From: Candidatus Marinacidobacterales bacterium
GTDB taxonomy: Bacteria > Acidobacteriota > Vicinamibacteria > Marinacidobacterales > DATDRI01
Assembly: GCA_965226495.1 (NCBI GenBank)
Contig: OZ245365.1
Coordinates: forward strand, 608,001 to 672,000
DNA: 64,000 nucleotides
Reading direction: 5' to 3'
Within the stretch, counting starts at the first letter, position 1. The number at the start of each line of letters is the position of its first letter. The position numbers and the translations under genes are program-made. Positions 10,501 to 25,500 of the stretch are shown piece after piece. Under the pieces are notes generated by a model that saw only the letters and a list, made by a program, of their open reading frames with translations, searched no databases and was not told the origin of the DNA.

Positions 10501-13500
10501 CCACGGGCGGTACGGCCACGATGGCGGAGCGGACGTTGACGGTGTACCAGATCAACGCGGCCGACAGCGCCCAGGCCAGTGCGACCTTAGATGACACGAC
10601 GGTAAGCGCGACGTGGACTCCGGTGGACAGCATGGCGCTGACCCCGGGCGCCGGGGACTATCTCGTTTGGTTCAGCAGCTCGTTGGAAGGGACGACGGCC
10701 AACTCGGTTCAAGATGTGGCGCTCTATGTCAATGGGATCCAGGTAGCCTACACCTTGCGGAACTTCTTGGTGGAAAGCTCCCTCATCGATACGTTCCAAT
10801 CCTTCCCCGTCGCCCTTCACGCGTATGTGACGGGGGTGGGTGCAGCGGACGTCATCGACGTGCGATGGCAGACATCGGGCGGTACCGCCACCATGCACGA
10901 GCGCACCCTGGTGGTGCAACGGGTAACGAACCCCAGCGGTGCGACCTGGGCCGCGGCGGAGGACACCAAGCTCACCGGTCTCGCCAAGAGCACGATCAAA
11001 AGGGTTCGCTTGGAAGTCTCGAATGGGGGCACCGGGAGCTCGGGGGCTGTGACCTACGAACTGCAAGTGGCCGAGACCGCCACCTGCAGCGCCGGCACCT
11101 ATACCACGGTGCCCACCGCCGCCACCGGCCACTGGCAAGTCATCGATTCCGGCTTCATCACCGACGCCGAGCCCACGTTTAACATCAATCCGGGCCTGAC
11201 GGATGGCGCGACAACGTTTGTTTCGGGTGAGTCGAAAGACACCGGCAACACGACTGGCAGCATCACCCTCGCCTCCGACGCGTTCACCGAGATCGAGTTC
11301 TCGGTTCAAGCACTAGCCGCTGCCACCGACGGCGGTGACTACTGTTTCCGCCTCTACGACGCAACCAACAGTCAGGTCCTCGATACCTACTCGGTCTACT
11401 CCGAGGTCCAGCTGGGCGCCCCGCCCACCGATGTCACGGTGAGTGCGTCGGGCACCCAAACCGCCAGCATGTTCATTCCCAGTACCGACCAGTATGTGGG
11501 TGGCAAGTTCGTCATTATCGACAATACGGGCTCTCGGAACATTACGGGGATCACCATCACCGAAAGCGGGACGGTGGATGCCCTGAACAATCTGGACAAC
11601 ATCAAGCTTTTTTACGAGCTCGACACGACGGCTCCCTATGACGGAGCGAGCGAAAGCTATGCCGGGGGGGAACTCCAGTTCGGAGTGACCGACACCGACG
11701 GCTTCAGCGCCGCCAACGGGACGTCCAGTTTCACCGACACGGTGGCGATCGATACGACCTCTACGCTGGTTGTGTACGTGGTCTTCGATGTGGGTGCGGG
11801 GGCCACCCCTGGTGAGACGGTCGAGATCAGCATCAACGACCCATCCACCGAAGTCACCGCCAGCGCAGGAACCGTCGGCCCGGCTACGCCGGTTGCGATC
11901 CCTGGGACCACGACGCTCACCGCGGCGGTTACTGTGAGTGCGTCAGGTACCCAGACGGCGAGTATGGCCATCCCCAGTACGAACCAGTACGTGGGAGGCA
12001 AGTTCGTCATCGTCGACAACACGGGCTCGCGGAACATCACGGGCATCACGATTACCGAGAGCGGGACCGTCGATGCCCTGAATAATCTGGATAACATCAA
12101 GCTCTTCTATGAGCTCGATTCGACCGCTCCCTATGACGGGGCGAGCGAAAGCTACGCCGGGACGGAGTCTCAGTTCGGGGTAACGGACACGACCGGTTTC
12201 AGCGCTGCCAACGGGACATCGAGCTTCACGGACACGGTGGCGATCAACACGACATCCACGCTGGTGATGTATGTCGTCCTCGATGTCGGTGCGGGTGCTT
12301 CCGGCGGAGAGACCGTCGAGATCAGCATCAACGACCCCTCGACCGAAGTCACAGCGAGTGCGGGCACGGTGGGGCCGGCAACGCCGGTGGCGATTTCTGG
12401 GACGACGACACTTTCGGCGGGGTCTGGCGGCGTCATCTTCTACTCGGTGGGGACGGACAACACCGCCCTTTATTCGGACACCGCCTCGGCGTCGGCCGGG
12501 ACCCTCACGTTGAATAGCCCGGCCGTCGACAAAATCGGAGTCGGTGACGAGATACGGGAAGGAACCAATCGCTATTACATCACTGGGCGCAACTCGGCGA
12601 CCGAGTTTACGATTCAGAACTCTGCCGCCAACGGCGGCACACCGGGGGATACGAATATTAGCTTCGCATCCACTGCGATTACGATTTTCCGAGCCTTCAA
12701 CAGCTTGACGTCCGCGGAAGCGGGCTCCACCGACACAAACCATCTCAACACCGCCGACCTCGTCGCCGGAAACTTCCAAGTCAACTGGACTTGTTACAAC
12801 GATGCTGCTCTCGATGACATGGTGTTGATCAACGGGTACACGACGGGAGCCAGCAACTACATCCACATCTATACACCGACAGCGACAAGCGAAGTCGGCA
12901 CCTCCCAACGTCACACCGGAACAGCAGGAACGGGATTTCGCTTGGTACCGAACACCAGTACTCCACCCAGCCAGGTCAACATCATTGACATCCTCGATGA
13001 TGATGTCCGCCTCACCGGGATCGAGATCGATGGCTCCAGTATTACCAATGCCCAGAATCTGGCAGGAATTAGCGTTGACGTTTCGGTTTCTGCCTCGGGT
13101 GATATTCAATTGAACAAAATCATCCTGCACGATCTTCAGAGTCAGGACGGGACCGGTGGCGATGCCGACGTTAATGCGCTCGACATTGCTAATGGGAACC
13201 TAAAACTCAGCAACTCGATCATCTATGACATCGCACAGACCACGGCGAACGCCAATGCCCGTACTCGAGGAGTCGACATAACGGGCGGTTCCAACCATTA
13301 TCTTCATAACAATACGCTCTTCAATATCAAGAACTCACTCAACACACATTCTGCCTATGGAATCAATGTCGGAGCTGGCACGGTCACCGTCAGGAATACG
13401 GTCGTTCTAGATGTTGTTTCTGCTCTTGGTTCCGAAGGGTGCTTCAATGGAACGATCACTCAACTCAATAACGTTTCCTCCGACACCACCGCGGTCGGCC

Positions 13501-16500
13501 CCCAGAACCAAACGGCCTACGCCACCTATTTCCAGAACATCACCAATGGCAGCGAGAATCTTCACCTGCGGAACGACTCCACCACACTTTGGGGCTCGTT
13601 CGGTGCCGATTTGGACGCTGATCCCAATCTGCCAGTCACCGATGATATCGATGGAGATGCTAGGGATGCCTCTACCCCTGACATCGGTGCCGATGAGTTC
13701 ACCGGTGCCGTGGGGGCGGGTGTCGTCTTCTACTCGGTGGGGACGGACAATACCGCGCTCTACTCGGGGAACGCCTCGGCGTCGAGCGGAACGTTGACAC
13801 TTAGCAGTCCTGCCGCCGACCGTATCGGAGTCGGTGACGAGATACGGGAAGGGGCGAATCGGTACTACATCAACGGGCGCAACTCGGCGACCGAGTTCAC
13901 GGTTCAAAACTCGGCTGCGAATGGAGGCACCCCGGGCGATACGAACATTAACTTCGCGTCGACCGCGATCACGATTTTCCGGGCCTTCAACGACTTGGAC
14001 ACGGCGACCACCGGCTCTGCCGACGCCAACCACCTCAACACCGCTGACCTCGTCGCGGGGGATTTCCAGCTCAACTGGGCCTGTTACAACGACGGGCCGG
14101 ACCCCTCGTGGAGGCCTGCCATCGAGGAGCCCTGGGTTACCGGAGCATCTAACTACATCCGATTATTCACGCCCACCGATCCAAGCCAAGTGGGAGTATC
14201 ACAGAGGCACACCGGCACCGCTGGCACCGGATATCGAATCCGTCCCGTGGGATCAGCCATTGGTATAAGTCACTTCAACTTCGTGTTCATCAGCACCGAC
14301 AACGGTTACGTACGATTGGAAGGTATTGAAATTGACGGCTCCGGGCTTACCAACGCCGAAAACATCCGGGGTATTTATATCAATGATCCTGCGCCAGGCA
14401 CAGGGGAAGACGTTCGGATTTCCCATAGCCTTATCCATGATTTAGTCAATACCACGATCGATGATTCGGATCAGAGCAAAATCCTCGCTCTCTATGTAGA
14501 CCAAACCAACAATACAAAGATCTCGAATAATGTCGTCTACCATCTCCTCAATGTCTCGACCAATGCGGCGAGCGAGACGACAGGACTAGACAGTGTGGTA
14601 GGCGGAACGACACATTATGTCTTTAACAATACGTTTTACGATATTCAGAGCACCGCAACTACCCAACAGGCACGCGGGATTTGGGATAGTGTTGGTTCGA
14701 CGCTTGACGTCCAAAACAACTATGTAGGACTTGTAGACAGCGTCGGGGGATTGGAGGCCTGTTTCGTGGGGCCTTTTGCAAACGAGAACAACAATGTGTC
14801 CTCCGACGCGACCGCCGCCGGCACCGACAGCCAGACCAACCAGTCGGCCTATGCCTCCTACTTCGTAGACACGACGGGTGGTAGCGAGAACCTCCATCTA
14901 ATCAACGACTCCAACACGCTTTGGGGCTCGTTCGGCGCCGATCTAGACACCGATCCCAACCTGCCGGTCACCGATGACATCGACGCCGATGCTCGGGATG
15001 CGTCGACCCCGGATATCGGCGCCGACGAGTTCAGTAATCCGGTCATTGTTACTTTCTATTCGGTGGGGACGGACAACACCGCCCTTTACTCGGACACCGG
15101 GTCCGCGTCGAGCGGTACGTTAACCCTGAACAGCGCTGCCGTGGACAAGATCGGAGTGGGCGACGAGATACGGGAAGGAGCGAACCGCTACTACATCACC
15201 GGGCGCATCTCAGCCACCCAGTTTACGATTCAGAACTCCGCCGCGAATGGAGGCACACCGGGCGATACGAATATTACCTTCGGGTTAACCGCGATCACGA
15301 TTTTTCGGGCCTTCAACACCCTCACCGCGGCCGAGGCGGGCTCCCTAGATGGCAGCCATCTCGGGACTGCGAACCTCGTCGTGAGCAATTTCCAACTCAA
15401 CTGGACCTGCTATAACGATACCGCCCTCGACGACACCGTCATCGTTAACTCGTATACGACCGGGCCCAACAACTACATTTACATTTACACTCCCACCGAC
15501 GCGACCGAGGTCGGCGTCTCCCAACGTCACGATGGAACCGCGGGGACGGGATTCCGCATGGTACCCGTCATCAATTCACCAGTTGGTATAACGCGAGTCC
15601 TCCGTGTCGCTGACGATCATGTCCGCATCACTGGGATTGAGATCGATGGCTCTAGTATTACCGATGGCCAGGAGATCGAAGGAGTTTCAACCGCCAATAC
15701 GCTGACCGCTGCCTCCGATGTTCGATTCACCAAACTCATCGTCCACGATATTCACAGTGAGAACGGTAGCGGCAGTGATGCCGATCCCATTGGCATCGCT
15801 ATTGGTGGAGGAAATGTAAAGCTCAGCAACTCGATCATCTATGACATCGTGCAGACCACCGCGCACGTTGACGCCGATGCTCGAGGAATTCGCACGTCCG
15901 GTGGTGCCAACAACGTCTATTTCCATAGCAATACGATCTTCAATATCAAGAACACCGGCGCCACTCGCTTCGCTTGGGGAATCCACAGCGGTGGCGGCAC
16001 GGTCACTGCCAAGAACACCGTCGTCTTGGATGTCGAAGCGACGAGCGGAACTGAAGGCTGCTTCAATGGGGCGATGACGCAGAGCAACAATGTCTCCTCG
16101 GATGCCACCGCGGTCGGTCCCCAGAATCAAACAGCCTACGCCTCGTACTTCCAGAACATCACCGACGGCAGCGAAGACCTCCACCTACTGAACGACTCGA
16201 ACACCCTTTGGGGCTCGTTCGGTGCGGATCTAGACAGCGATCCAAACCTTCCGGTCACTGACGATATCGATGCTGGCGCCCGTGATGCCACGCAGCCGGA
16301 CATCGGAGCCGATGAGTTTGGCGCTACCCCGTGCAGCCCGACCATCATCTATCGATCCATCGGCACCAGCACCGCAAATCTCGCCGATACGGGCACGGCG
16401 TCGGCGGGCCTCGGCGCTACCATCGTCACCTTCAGCGGCGTTAGTCTACCGACGAACATCGGCCAGGGCGACGAGTTGACGCTCGACATCGGTGGTGCCA

Positions 16501-19500
16501 ACGAGATTCTCTACATCTTGTCTCGGGATTCCGCTACTCAGGTCACACTGCAAACCGCGACGGCCAATGATCATAGCGGTGGCGTGTCTTACACCATCAA
16601 GCGCGCCTTCTCGGGCGTGGACCCCATTCAGGATTGGGAGACCGCTCGCCAAGGCGACCTCGTTGCCCTGAATCGACGCGAGGTAGGAGTTGCCTACAAC
16701 GATGGTGTGTTCGTCAATGGGGTGGACATCAGCGGCTCTGTCACCGACTCGTGCCACTTCATGAGGCTCACTGTGGCTGAAGGCCAGCGACATACCGGCG
16801 TGGCCGGGACCGGTGTTCGGATCGATATGAGCGGCGAGCCCGATCCCCTGGTAGGCGAGCTCGAAACCTTTGACGACTATGTTGTCATCGAGTGGTTCGA
16901 GGTGACCGGTGTCACGGGTAACGCCACCTTCTCTGGTGTGCGGATGGGCAATTTTAGCGCGAACATACTCCTCTCCAACTTAATCCTCCACGGCAATGAA
17001 AATGGCGCAAGAGCCTCGGGTGCTTCCCCCCATAGTTTCACGATCCGAAACTCCATCATCTACGACAACAACGGCGTGGGTATCGAAGGCGACGAGGTGG
17101 GAGATACATTCTTTATTGACAATTGCACGATCTACAACAATTTGTTTGCCGGCGTCGACGCGGTGTTTTCAACGATGACGGTTCGGAACACGATATCGAT
17201 GAACAACCCGCCGGGCTCCGACTTCAAGGCCTCGGCGGGGACGCTGAATCAATCGAACAATATCTCCTCCGACGGTACCGCCTCCGGCGCCGGCTCGCTC
17301 ATCAACCGTACCGCCACCGCCAACGGCAGCCCCGGTGCCGGTGACTGGGTGATTTTCGACAACCTCACCGCGGGCAGCAAGAGCTTCCATTTGCAGAACA
17401 GTGTGGAGAACGATGCCATCGATGCCGGAACGAATCTCTCCTTCAGTTTCGCGGACGACGTCGATGGCGAGATCCGTCCCGCAATCTGGGACGTGGGCGC
17501 CGATGAGCTCTTTGCGGGTGCCGCATCGCTCACCTTGGCCGACCACGATGCGAGCCAGGTCGGTGACAGATTCACCACCACTTCACCGGTCACCGATGGA
17601 CTCTTCCGCTTCAAGCTCACTCGCTCCGGCACGGTGACGATCGACACCGTCAAGGTGAACTTCACCACGGGCTCCGGTGTGGTCAATGGAGATGTCTCGG
17701 CCGGAGAGCTCTGGATCGACACCGACAACGACGGTGTCATCGATGGCGGCGATACCTTAATTCAGGGAAGCGTCACTCCGTCAGGAGGGGTGCTCACCTT
17801 TACCAACAACGTCTCACCCGGCACCGGCGGGACGAACTACCTGGTGCGGGCGACGGTCGCGAACCTGGCCGCCGGCGACTCGACCACCTTCTCGGTAGGG
17901 ACTGCCGATATCGATGAGGTCGAGGGAGGCGTTACCGAGTCCGGCGCGATCACGAACGCCGTTCACACACAAGAAGTAGGCGCCGTCATCTACTACTCGG
18001 TGGGAACGGACAGCACCGCCCTCTATTCGGACACCGCCTTGGCATCGGCAGGGGTCCTCACGCTGAACAGCGCTGCAGCCAACAACATCGGGGTTGGTGA
18101 CGAGATACGGGAGGGAGCGAATCGTTACTACATCACCGGGCGCAACTCCACGACCGAGTTTACGATTCAGGATTCTGCTGCGAATGGTGGCACACCGGGC
18201 GATGCGAATATTAACTTCGCGCTGACTGGGATTACCATTTTCAGGGCGTTCAACACTCTCACGCTAGCCGAGGCAAATTCGCCGGATGGCAACCATCTCA
18301 ATACCTCCGACCTCGTCGGCAGCAACTTTCAGCTCAACTGGACTTGTTACGACGACACCGCGATGAATGATGCGGAGATCGTTATCGACGGCTGGACCAG
18401 TACGGGAGTATCGAATTACATCCGTATCTACACCCCAACGGATAGCAGCGAAGTCGGCACGACACAACGCCATAATGGAGTGGCCGGAAGCGGATTTCGC
18501 CTGGTCCCCTCGAACGCTTCTCCACCTAGCGCGTATGTCGTTATCTACATGTTCGAAGACTACGTTCGTATCGAGGGCATTGAAATCGACGGGTCCAATA
18601 TCTCCAACGGGCAGGATCTGATGGCCGTACGAACGAGCAGTTCTGTTTCTCCTGCGGGGGACTATCGGTTCGACTACCTCCTCATACATGATTTCGCCAA
18701 CTCTTCGGTCAATCAGGCAACGCAAGACGGCGACATGTTCATCATTGCGGTCAGAGAGGGAAGCGCGAAAATAAGCAACAGCATTTTGTATAACTTCGAA
18801 CAATTCAACAATAACGTGACCTCCAGCATTGCCGCCATTCGGTTCGAGGGAGCTGGGACCAGCTACGTCCACAACGTGACCATCTACAACATAAAGGACA
18901 CGGTGGGTACCGGGAGCTGTCGTGGGGTGGACAATTTTGGCGGGCCGACACTTACGGCACGAAATGTTGCCGTGTTCGACGTCATCAGCTCTCTCGATGA
19001 CGAGCAGTGCTTCAACGGGGTCACCACGCAGAGCAACAACGTGTCCTCGGATGCCACCGCGGTCGGCCCCCAGAACCAAACGGCGTACGCTACGTATTTC
19101 ATCGACATCACTGACGGCAGCGAAAATCTTCACCTACGGAACGACTCCAATACCCTTTGGGGTTCGTTTGGCGCCGATCTAGACGGCGATCCGGACCTTC
19201 CGGTGACCGACGACATCGACGGCGATGCACGGGATGCATCGACTCCCGATATCGGCGCCGATGAGTTCAGCTCCAATCCGACAACCAACTATCGCTCCAT
19301 CGGACCGGTAGCGGACTACACGACGAACGACGTCACTGCGACTAACGGCTCGCCCATCGTTATCGGGAACGCAACCGCTTGGGTGACGGCCAACCGCGGT
19401 CGCGGGGACCGGATCCAAATCGACGCGACCGACTACACCATCTTGTCGGTGGATACCAACACCCAGCTCACGCTGACCGAGCCCTTTACCGGCGCGACGG

Positions 19501-22500
19501 GCCCCGGAAAGGCGTACACGATCTCCCGGCAATTCGACACGCTTCAAGAGTGGGAGGATTGCATCAGTGCCGGGGTAGGCTGTGTCTATTTCCCGGTCAC
19601 CGGCGGGGATCTCGTCGCCGATGACCGGGTTGAAGTGGGCATCGCTTACGACGACGGCGTCTTTGCCTTGACGTCCACGGTCACTATCGACGGCTCGACC
19701 ACGGACGCAACCCACACCATCACCCTCACTGCGGATGGCGTAAACCGGCACTACGGAGTCACCGGCGCGGGAGTCGTCGTGGATGGACAAGACTTCGCGC
19801 GCGAGCTGCTCATCCTGGACAATAATGTCACCGTCGAATGGCTGGAGTTCATCCGGGTCCGGGGCGCGGACAACCGAGCCGCGATAAGGGTCGCCGGCCC
19901 AGTCGGCGAACCGTCGACGAACATTCTCTTGCAGAACCTTCTGATTCACGATTTCTTGGACCCCGGCGTCAATCGTGTAAGCGGGATACGTCTTTCGGGT
20001 GACCCGGGCAAGAGCGTGACTGTCCGCAACTGCATGATCTGGGACGGGGATCAAATAGGTATCGAGGCGGACGAGACGACGGATACGCTCATTGTCGAGA
20101 ACTGCTCGATTGACAACATGGATAGTACGGTCGAGAGCAACGGAACCGGCATCGCCGCGATCAATACCGACGTGACCGTCCGGAACACCATCGCTACGAG
20201 CAACCCGGCGGGAGACTTCATCGCGACCGGCTCAGGTGGTTACTCAGGGGCCAGCACCAACAATACCGCTTCTGATGGCACGGCCCCGGGCGCCAGCGCC
20301 CAAACCGCTGCCGCGGTCGATCTTTTCGTGGCTCCTAACTCCAACTTGCATCTCATAAGCGGCGCGGTCGCCATCGACACTGCGGTCGACCTCTCACCGA
20401 GCTTCTCGAACGACATCGACGGGGACGGCCGCCCGTTCGGGCTTTCTTGGGACAGGGGTGCGGATGAATTTGGTCAAACCTACTACCGCTCCATCGGACC
20501 GGCGCCGGACTACACCACCGGTACCATCGATGCCACGAACGGCTCCGCGGTGGTAACGGGAACCGGGACGAGTTGGCAGACGGCGAATCGCGGGCGGGGC
20601 GACGCCATTACATTCCCCTGCCCGGACCCTCCAACCTGCACTGGCGGCACCGATTACACGATCCTCTCGGTCGATTCCGAGACGCAACTCACGCTAACGG
20701 CACCGGTGAGCGGCAATTTCACGGGAACGTACAACGTCGCCCGGCAATTCGACACACTCCAAGAGTGGGAGGACTGCATCAGTGCTGGAGTAGGCTGTGT
20801 TTACTTCCCGGTGACCGGCGGGGATCTCGTCGGCGACAACCGGGTTGAAGTGGGTATCGCTTACGACGACGGAGCCGCCTTCGCCGAGCTCTTGATCGAC
20901 GACGCCACCACTGATGCCAACCACACGATCACCCTCACGGTGGATCCCGGAAACCGGCATAACGGGATTGCCGGTCAAGGGGTGGTGGTCGACCTAGGTC
21001 CTCTGGGCACGATCGATGCGGTGCGAGTGAGAGACGATTTCGTGACCGTGGAATGGCTGGAAATCACAGGTGGACAGCCAACACAAGGCGCGGAGGGCAT
21101 CCATGTCCGCGCTCAGAGCCCTTCTAACCAAATCATTTTGCGGAATAACATCGTTCACGATGTCGATGGAGACGGAATCGTCAGCGCCTACGAAGGCGTC
21201 AATATCGATATCTATAACAACATCGTTTACGGGGGCGCGCTCAATGGCATTCGGATCAACGCCGTGACTCCACCCCACACCGGCGTGATCCGCATCTTGA
21301 ATAACACCGTCTATAACAACGCCCTTAGGGGGATTCGCTCCAGCGATGCGGGTAGCGGGAAGTTGCTTCAAAACAACATCGCCCACAGTAATTCGCCGGG
21401 GTTGGATTTCTCGATTACTGGAACCCTCGATCCGGCCAGCAGTAACAACTTGGCCGGCGACGCGAGCGGTATTGCGCACTGCCCGGCGGGAGGAGGCATC
21501 GACTCGGTCCCGCTATCTGGTGCCGGCGGGGTGAACTTCGTTTCTACCGTCAGTGGCTCGGAGGACCTTCACATTACCAGCGCTAGCCGCGCGGTGGGGG
21601 CGGCGGCGGATCTGAGCGGCATCTTTACCGACGACATCGACGGGTGGATCGCGCGGCAAGCTCCTTGGGATATCGGTGCGGATGAGGTCGACGGGGCGGC
21701 GACCTCACCCACCAACTACCGCTCTATCGGAGGCGCGCCGCACTACACCGCCCCCGGTACTATCGACGCCACGGGCGGCTCCAATGTGGTGACCGGAACC
21801 GCCACGACTTGGCTGACGGCGAATCGCGGGCGGGGCGACGTCATCACCTTCCCGTGCCCGGACCCCCCAACCTGCACCGGCGGCACGGACTACACAGTTC
21901 TCTCGGTCGACTCGAACACGCAGCTCACCCTGACGACGCCGGTGAGCGGTAACTTCACGGGAACCCACAAGATCTCGCGGCAATTCGCGGCGCTTCAGGA
22001 CTGGGAGACCTGCATCTCCAGTGGAGTAGGTTGTGTCTATTTCCCCGTCGGTGGCGGTGACCTCGTGACCGACAACCGAAGCGAGGTGGGGATCGCCTAC
22101 GACGATGGAGCCTCCTTTGCCAGGGTCACGATCGATGGCTCCATAACCGATGCCAACCACACCATCACCCTCACGGTCGACCCAGGGAACCGGCATTACG
22201 GGATTGCCGGTCAAGGCGTTTTGCTCGACAACGGCACTGACACCAACGACGCACTTAGAATAGAGGACGATTTCGTGACCGTGGAATGGCTAGAGATCCA
22301 AGGTGGGGACATCCCGTCCCAACCAAGGGGCATTTTTGTTGCCAACCAGAACGTGCCGAACAAGATCATCGTGAGGAACAATCTCATTCATGAGGTAGGG
22401 GAAGACGGAATCGCGACTCTCGAGGCGGACCTCGTTATGGATGCGTATAACAACATCATCTACGCCACACCGGATGATGGCATCCAGATCGGCGAAACTC

Positions 22501-25500
22501 TCGGCCCAGGGGCTCAGATCCGCCTCTTGAACAATACCATTTACAATTGTACAGACCAGGGAATCACCTCTGCCGTTGGCGATCACTCCACAGTGACACT
22601 GCAAAACAACATTGCCTTCTGCACTGGCAACGATTTCAACATTACCCTACCCGTCAATCCCGCGAGCAGTAACAACCTCTCCGGTGACGGGACTGCAACG
22701 GCCCGTAGTCCCGCCGGGGGCGACCGGCCTAACGTTGCACTGGTGGATGTTCAATTCGTCAACACAGCTGGCCCTATCGACCTTCACATCCGGAGCGGAA
22801 GTCTCCTCGGTGCCGAAGATGGGGGCGTCGATTTGAGCTCCGTTTTCAACTTGGACATCGATGCCGGGGCACGCACGGTTCTCTGGGAGATCGGGGCGGA
22901 TGATGTCGAGGCGACCACGGCGGTGGAGCTGGTGTTGTTCGAGGCTGTGGGTACAGACGGTGCTGTGGAGCTTAGGTGGGAGACCGGCTCGGAGCTCGGT
23001 AACCTGGGGTTCCATCTCTACCGGTCAAACACGGAGGAAGGCCCCTACGATCGGATCACGGCGAGCGTGATCCCAGGCTTGGGCTCGTCGCCCGAGGGTG
23101 CGAAGTACGCGTATCGCGACTCTGGCCTGACCAATGGCGTGACGTACTTCTACAAGCTGGAAGACATCGAGACGACCGGGATAACAGAGCTCCATGGACC
23201 GGTGTCCGCGATACCTACCGCGGAAGTTGTCGTCGAAGGCGACACCGGCGGCGAGGACGATTCGAGCGGAGACGAGCTCGGCGATCTGACCTCCCGCATC
23301 ACGTACGGCGACCCATCTGCGAACGAGCTGAACGTACGCCGCCGCGGGAAGAAGTGGATGGAGCTGGAGCTGATTACGGAAGGTTTCTACGCCATACCGC
23401 AAGACGACGGCTCAGTACTCCTTGAGGTCCCTGGCTTCGAAGACTTCGGGGGTCCGGACTTGCCCGATGTGCCGGCCTACCGTACCTGGCAAGACGTCTT
23501 GGCGGGTCGCAGGGTGAAGCTGGCATCGGTGAAGACCTCCGGCATGGCCGAGTTTGCAAGTCTGCGTCCGAGCTCCTCTGAGCTGATCGTCGTGGCTTCG
23601 GGAGACGGCACGGTGCAGACCGGCCGTCGCCGTAGAAAGCGACGCCAACCCCCTCATGTTTACTACCCCGAGTCCTGGGCCCAGCTAATGAACGTGGGTT
23701 TCCAAGGTCCGGCGAAGAAGGCACTAGTCGAGATGGCGCCGCTCCGGTGGGATGCCACGGCCGAGAAACTGGTCCTGGCCCGCCGCATCGTGGTCCGCAT
23801 CGCGTTCAAGGGTAAAGACAAGGCGGAGCTGAAACTTGGCAAGAGCCACCGAGAAGTCGGAAGCCATGCGAACCGGAGCGTCTACGCCCGGATAGCCGTG
23901 ACGGAGCCGGGTCTCTATGGGGTCAGCTACGAGTCGGTTTTCGGCAATAGGAGAAAGGCCATCAAGACGAGCGCTTTGAGACTGAGCCGTCAGGGAGTGC
24001 CGGTGGCGTTCTTCGTGAGCCCGAACGCCAAGAAGTTCAAGAAGAAGTCGGTGCTGTACTTCCTGAGCGATGGGGCGGCTTTGAACCCGTATGGTCACGA
24101 AGCGGTCTACGAGCTCGAGTCGAGCTCCGAAGGCTTGCAGATGGGAGCCGTGGACGGAAGCCCGGTAGGTGCGCCCACGAGCTTTTACTGGAAGACACTC
24201 GAGCGAGAAGAAAACCTTTTGTACCAGGCGGCCTTCGAGGGCGAAGAGGACATCTGGCAGTGGGATTGGCTGTTCGGCCCGATGACCAACGGCTACCCGT
24301 TCGAAGTCACGAACCTATCGCCGGTGGCCGAAAACTCGAAGCTCAGAGTGTGGCTCCACGGAGCGAGTGACTTCCCCGAGGACCCCGACCACCACGTAAG
24401 ACTCTACGTGAATGGAACCCTACTCACCGACACCTGGTGGGATGGCGAGACGCCTCACTTCGTGGAAGCGGAGCTTGGTCCGGGCTTGCTCCAAGAGGGC
24501 GAGAACACTCTGGAGATCGAAGAAGTGGGGGACACGGAAGCCCAGTACTCGATGGTGATGCTGGACCGTTTCGAGGTGAGCTACCCTGCCCAGCTCCTAG
24601 CCGAAGAGGGTGAACTGAAGGGCCTCTTCAGCGAGTCAGGAGTGGCGACTATCACTGGCCCACGTGGACAGATTGGAGCCCTCAGCCCACCCGCAGTCGC
24701 GCAGTCGACGGAGGGTGAGCCTTGGGGGTGGGGCCCCAAGGCATTGATATTCGACGTGACGGAGACCGAACCGCGACGAATCAGCGGAGCGAGCGTCGTT
24801 CCGGGTGGCTTGAGCTTCGGCGTGGAGTCGGGCCGTCACTATTTATTGACGGACTCGGTGAAGATTCCGGAAGTGAGCCGCGCGCAGTCGACCGGTCTCA
24901 AGCAAGTATGGAGCCGTGCTGAGTATCTGGTGATCGGACCTAGAGAATTCCTGGCTGCCGCGGTGCCGCTACTGGCCCACCGGAGGAACGAGGGTCTGAT
25001 AGCGGGAGCGATTGCGACGGAAGACATCTTCGACGAGTTCGGCTATGGCGAGGCGACACCGGAGTCGATCCGGGATTTCTTGAGCTACGTGTACCACCAC
25101 TGGAGCGAGCCGACCCTGAGGTACGTCGTCCTACTAGGAGACGGGACGTATGACACCAAGGACTATCTAGCAACCGGCGTCACGAGCCAGGTGCCGGTGA
25201 AGATCCTGAAGACGCGTTACATCTGGACGGCGTCGGATCCGTGGTACGGCGCCATCAACGGCGACGATATCTTGCCGGACGTGGCGATCGGACGACTACC
25301 CGCGGCCTCGGTAGAAGAAGCGGAGAGATTGGTTCAGAAGATCCTCGAGTACGAATCCGGGGAGGGAGATCCGGAGGCACCTTTTGTCCTGGTGGCGGAC
25401 AACCCGGACCATGGAGGAGACTTCGTGGCGAACGCGGAGGAGCTTGCGACGACGGTACTGTCTGGCCAAGAGATTGACGAGCTCTATCTTTCCGAGTTGG

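Noticed and set aside
7584-22910. Repeats considered as a CRISPR array or as diversity-generating retroelement template/variable repeats
   Set aside because: The repeats are in-frame protein domains hundreds of bases long. There is no repeat-spacer periodicity, no cas or reverse transcriptase gene, and no evident adenine-specific mismatch pattern.
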